From positions 8,272 to 72,271 of the forward strand of contig CABPCW010000001.1 in NCBI GenBank assembly GCA_902406155.1: a DNA stretch of 64,000 nucleotides, written 5' to 3'. The notes under the pieces are model-generated. The model did not search any database, was not told the DNA's origin, and was given only the letters and a program-made list of their open reading frames with translations. This stretch comes from an uncultured Collinsella sp. (GTDB lineage Bacteria; Actinomycetota; Coriobacteriia; Coriobacteriales; Coriobacteriaceae). Positions 60,857 to 64,000 of the stretch are shown piece by piece; positions within the stretch are counted from its first letter, which is position 1; every line of letters starts with the position of its first letter. The translations under genes and the position numbers were made by a program.

Positions 60857-62926
60857 CTATCGAACCGAAGAATCGCCCGTAGCCGATGAGGTATCGGGCT
60901 CGTCATAAATCGCACCGAGTACATCGCGCACGACATGCATCGCCGTATCCGATCCGCCACCGCCCTGTTCCAAGATGGTGGCAATCACGTACTTAGGATC
61001 GTCAGCAGGGGCATAGGCGCAAAACCATGCGTAATCGTCCTCGCCGTTCTTCTCGCCCGTGCCGGACTTGCCGAACACCTGCGGTGTCAGGCTGCTAAAG
61101 TGGGCGGCCAGCGACGTCGAGGCCGTGTAGATCACGTCGTGCATACCGTTGCGGACGAGCGTCAAGTCGGCATCGCTGTTAATCTGCGCCTCCAAGCGCT
61201 TCTTTTTGCCTTTGCCGTTGTACTTATAGGCATCGCCGTCGCCATCGCGCGACACCGCCGACAAAAACACATGCGGCACAAACTGCTTGCCGCCGTTGGC
61301 AAGGCCCATGTAGGCACATGCCATCTGCAGCGGCGTCACCAAAATGTCGCCCTGCCCGATGGCGATGTTCGTCATATCGCCAGCGTTCCATTTACGGTCC
61401 TCGGCCGAGGCATCGGTAAAGTACGACTCTTTCCACTCGGCGTCTGGAATACGGCCGGCACCCTCGCTTGGCAGGTCAATGCCGCAGGTCTTGCCCAGCC
61501 CCCAACGGCGAAAGACCTCCTGCAGACCCTCAGGGTGCTGGTCGTTGTAGAAAAACGCCTTGCCCATGTCGTAGAACACGGGGTCGCACGAATTGGCGAT
61601 ACCGGACTGCAGCGTCATGGTGCCGTGGCCGGAGTGCAGCCAGCAATACTTGCCCCACGACTTTCCCAAGCCCGTCCAATAGCCCGTGCAGTTGGTCGTC
61701 TGACCCGAGGTATAGGTTCCAAACTCAAGGCCCGCCAAGGCCGAGAGCGGCTTAATGGTCGAAGCCGACATGTACTGGCCGCTAATGGCGCGGTTGAGCA
61801 GCGGGTGCGAACCCTCGTCGTCGTTGAGCTCGGTCCACACATCGTTGGAGACACCACCGATAAACACCGAAGGGTCGAACTTGGGCTCACTTGCCATGCC
61901 CAGAATCTCGCCGTTGTTGGGATCGAGGCACACCACGGCGCCGTTGCCGGCGTTGCTGTAGCCCGTGGTCTTGGCGAGTTCGATAGCGCTCGCCAGCGCC
62001 GTCTCGCAGGCTTGCTGGATCTTGAGGTCAAGCGTGAGCTTAATGTCGGAGCCGGCCTTGGCAGGCACGGCGCCGGCCTGTCCGGTCACGTTGCCCGAGG
62101 CATCGACCTTAACCGTCTGCTCGCCGCGAATACCCTGCAGCAAGTTCTCGTAGTAGCTCTCGACACCCGCCTGGCCCACGATATCACCAGACTGGTACGT
62201 AATCCGGCCAGCAGAAGCATCATCATCGCCAGAGGTTTTCTTATTCTGGGCCTCGAGCTGCTCGGAGGTAATGGTGCCGGTATAGCCCAAGATATGGCAT
62301 GCCGTCTCGCCATATGGATACTGGCGCTCGGTGCGCTCGGCAATCTTCACGCCCGGGAACTCGCCGGCATGCTCCTGAATATAGGCAACCGTGGAGCGGC
62401 GCACGTCCGTCGCGATGGTATGCAGACTCTGAGCGCCCTCGGAATTGTCCTGGATATTGCGCAGCACCGCGACGTAGGGCATACCGAGCACGTTGGCAAG
62501 ATGGCGAACCAGCACGGTGTCATCGGCCAGGTCGCGATAGGCGACGACGGCAAGTGAGGGACGGTTTTGCACCAGCGCGACGCCATTGCGGTCCAAGATG
62601 CGGCCACGCACGGCAGGCGTGGTAACGGTACGGGTCTGGTTGCTCTTGGCCTGCTTGTCGTAGTAGTCCGACGAGACCATCTGCATACCCCACAGCTTGA
62701 CAGCGAGAGCGGCAAACATCGCGCCCACGCCGGCGGTGAGGATGGAGAAGCGACCCTTGAAGGCGGTAGCGGCGGTATTGCCCTCGCCCTCGGTGGCACG
62801 CGGGGCCGTTCCATGCTGAGTGTCGTAGGTAAAACGGGAATCGCCGCGGCGCATGATGAGCAGCGCGACCACAATGGCCACGACCAACACGATACCGGCG
62901 ATGATAACCGTCATCTGGGAAGACAT
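60857..62926 (-). CDS. mrdA: Penicillin-binding protein 2 (class B)
   Basis: RGRILDRNG, RQYP, GQAGVE, STIK (SxxK), SCD, KSGT. Confidence 0.93.
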   Translation of the reverse strand: MSSQMTVIIAGIVLVVAIVVALLIMRRGDSRFTYDTQHGTAPRATEGEGNTAATAFKGRFSILTAGVGAMFAALAVKLWGMQMVSSDYYDKQAKSNQTRTVTTPAVRGRILDRNGVALVQNRPSLAVVAYRDLADDTVLVRHLANVLGMPYVAVLRNIQDNSEGAQSLHTIATDVRRSTVAYIQEHAGEFPGVKIAERTERQYPYGETACHILGYTGTITSEQLEAQNKKTSGDDDASAGRITYQSGDIVGQAGVESYYENLLQGIRGEQTVKVDASGNVTGQAGAVPAKAGSDIKLTLDLKIQQACETALASAIELAKTTGYSNAGNGAVVCLDPNNGEILGMASEPKFDPSVFIGGVSNDVWTELNDDEGSHPLLNRAISGQYMSASTIKPLSALAGLEFGTYTSGQTTNCTGYWTGLGKSWGKYCWLHSGHGTMTLQSGIANSCDPVFYDMGKAFFYNDQHPEGLQEVFRRWGLGKTCGIDLPSEGAGRIPDAEWKESYFTDASAEDRKWNAGDMTNIAIGQGDILVTPLQMACAYMGLANGGKQFVPHVFLSAVSRDGDGDAYKYNGKGKKKRLEAQINSDADLTLVRNGMHDVIYTASTSLAAHFSSLTPQVFGKSGTGEKNGEDDYAWFCAYAPADDPKYVIATILEQGGGGSDTAMHVVRDVLGAIYDEPDTSSATGDSSVR

Positions 62927-62939
62927 CTACGGGCCTCCC

Positions 62940-63512
62940 CTATTTGAGTTTGCGGGTCTTGGGCTTGAAGCGCATGCCCGTCTGACGACCACCTCGTGCG
63001 GAGAATCCGTAACCGGACTGCGGCACGACACCGGACATCAAAAACGGAATGGCAACCAGACCCGTCAGAATCGAAGACGGCAGTGCGTGGCCAAAAATAG
63101 CCACCACGAAGCTCGTCTCCAGACCCATAAACAGCAAGATGATGCTGTAGACCACGTTGATGGCAAGCGCGAAGGCGCCCACGGTAATACCGCGCGCGCT
63201 CGGGGAGCCGCCCGTCTGACCGGCCGTGCTGTGCACCAGGGCAAAACTGCCCACCGTCAGCAGCAGCGACATAACGCCCACCGGAACGGCGGCGGAAAGA
63301 TCATAGAACAGGCCACTGCAAAAACCGCAGACGACAGCCCGCGTGGGATCGCCCGAAAACACGCTCAGGCACACCAGGATAATCATAAAGTCGACGCGAC
63401 CGCCCGCGATGGAAATCTGCGGCGCCAGGCCCGCCTGCAGGAGCACACAGGCGATGGCGGCGATAGCAAACGTACGGGAGCTCGCCCCTTGTTCGTGTAG
63501 ATCCATGGACAT
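62940..63512 (-). CDS. mreD: Rod shape-determining protein MreD
   Basis: Hydrophobic, GF..GLFYD motif, between mreC and pbp2. Confidence 0.85.
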   Translation of the reverse strand: MSMDLHEQGASSRTFAIAAIACVLLQAGLAPQISIAGGRVDFMIILVCLSVFSGDPTRAVVCGFCSGLFYDLSAAVPVGVMSLLLTVGSFALVHSTAGQTGGSPSARGITVGAFALAINVVYSIILLFMGLETSFVVAIFGHALPSSILTGLVAIPFLMSGVVPQSGYGFSARGGRQTGMRFKPKTRKLK

Positions 63513-63517
63513 GCCCC

Positions 63518-64000
63518 TTATTCGCTCGAGCCGGAATCGGTCGTCTCGGACGTGTCAGAACTGTCATCCGAGCTCTCGTCCTTCGTCTTGGTCGCAGCAT
63601 CGCGCGACGTTCCCTGCGGCGTGCTGTTGGCCGTGCTCACATCCTCATCCGAGGCTGACTGCTCATCGGTAAGCGAGGTGATGACGAGCACCTCCTCGTT
63701 ATTTTCTGCCGTGGTCTGGGCACGTACGACGATGGTGTAATACACATCGTTGGCCGACTTTTCCACCGAGGAAACGGTGCCGAGCGGCAGGCCCTTGGGG
63801 AACACGCCGCCAATGCCCGAGGTCACGATGATGTCGCCCACTTTGACGTCGGAGTCGACGCTCACGTACTCAAGGCGCAAGGTGCCATCGGGCTGGCCCT
63901 GCAGCATTCCCTGGGCGCGCGTGTCTTGCACCATAGCCGACACGCCCGAGTTCTCGTCGCCAATCAGGCGTACGGTAGAGGTCTTGGCCGATACCTCGAT
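63518..64000 (-). CDS. mreC: Rod shape-determining protein MreC, 5' end outside the window
   Basis: VKVGDIIVTSGIGGVFPKGLPLGTV motif. Confidence 0.9.
   Translation of the reverse strand: MEVSAKTSTVRLIGDENSGVSAMVQDTRAQGMLQGQPDGTLRLEYVSVDSDVKVGDIIVTSGIGGVFPKGLPLGTVSSVEKSANDVYYTIVVRAQTTAENNEEVLVITSLTDEQSASDEDVSTANSTPQGTSRDAATKTKDESSDDSSDTSETTDSGSSE

Overview
GC-rich chromosomal backbone, most likely from a Coriobacteriia gut bacterium such as Collinsella. This is an inference from the mix of actinobacterial mIHF with Firmicutes-like pyrR/pyrK, trmFO, yqeK and glyQS-PDRP-ppdK gene order. Nearly all genes are on the minus strand. In transcription order they are: mreC-mreD-pbp2-rodA-hyp-radical SAM pair, rplU-rpmA-obgE-nadD-yqeK-rsfS, rpsP-khpA-rimM-trmD-lepB, glyQS-PDRP-ppdK, rplS-rnhB, yraN-comM-dprA-trmFO-xerC, rpsB-tsf-pyrH-frr-uppS-cdsA-dxr-rseP-ispG-proS, pyrR-B-C-K-D-F, mihF-gmk-rpoZ-thiI, comEA-comEC-holA, rpsT, lepA-dusB-hemW and two dnaJ genes. 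Plus-strand genes are rpmB, adhE with an APH-like kinase, and dinB. I found no tRNA, rRNA, CRISPR array or intact mobile element; the only mobile relic is a RAYT/IS200-like fragment. The strongest non-obvious signal is a 20-bp motif (18/20 identical, internal 11-bp-period direct repeat). It lies about 72-76 nt upstream of both natural-transformation operons (comEA-comEC and yraN-comM-dprA), each insulated by an upstream terminator, and is a candidate competence regulon box. Other highlights are an RseP with an inserted winged-helix-like domain, a class-A DnaJ with a C-terminal membrane domain, a three-structure attenuator ahead of pyrR, an xerC that apparently starts at ATA, and degenerate REP-like repeats linked to the RAYT remnant. 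All calls come from reading the sequence by eye; no searches were run.
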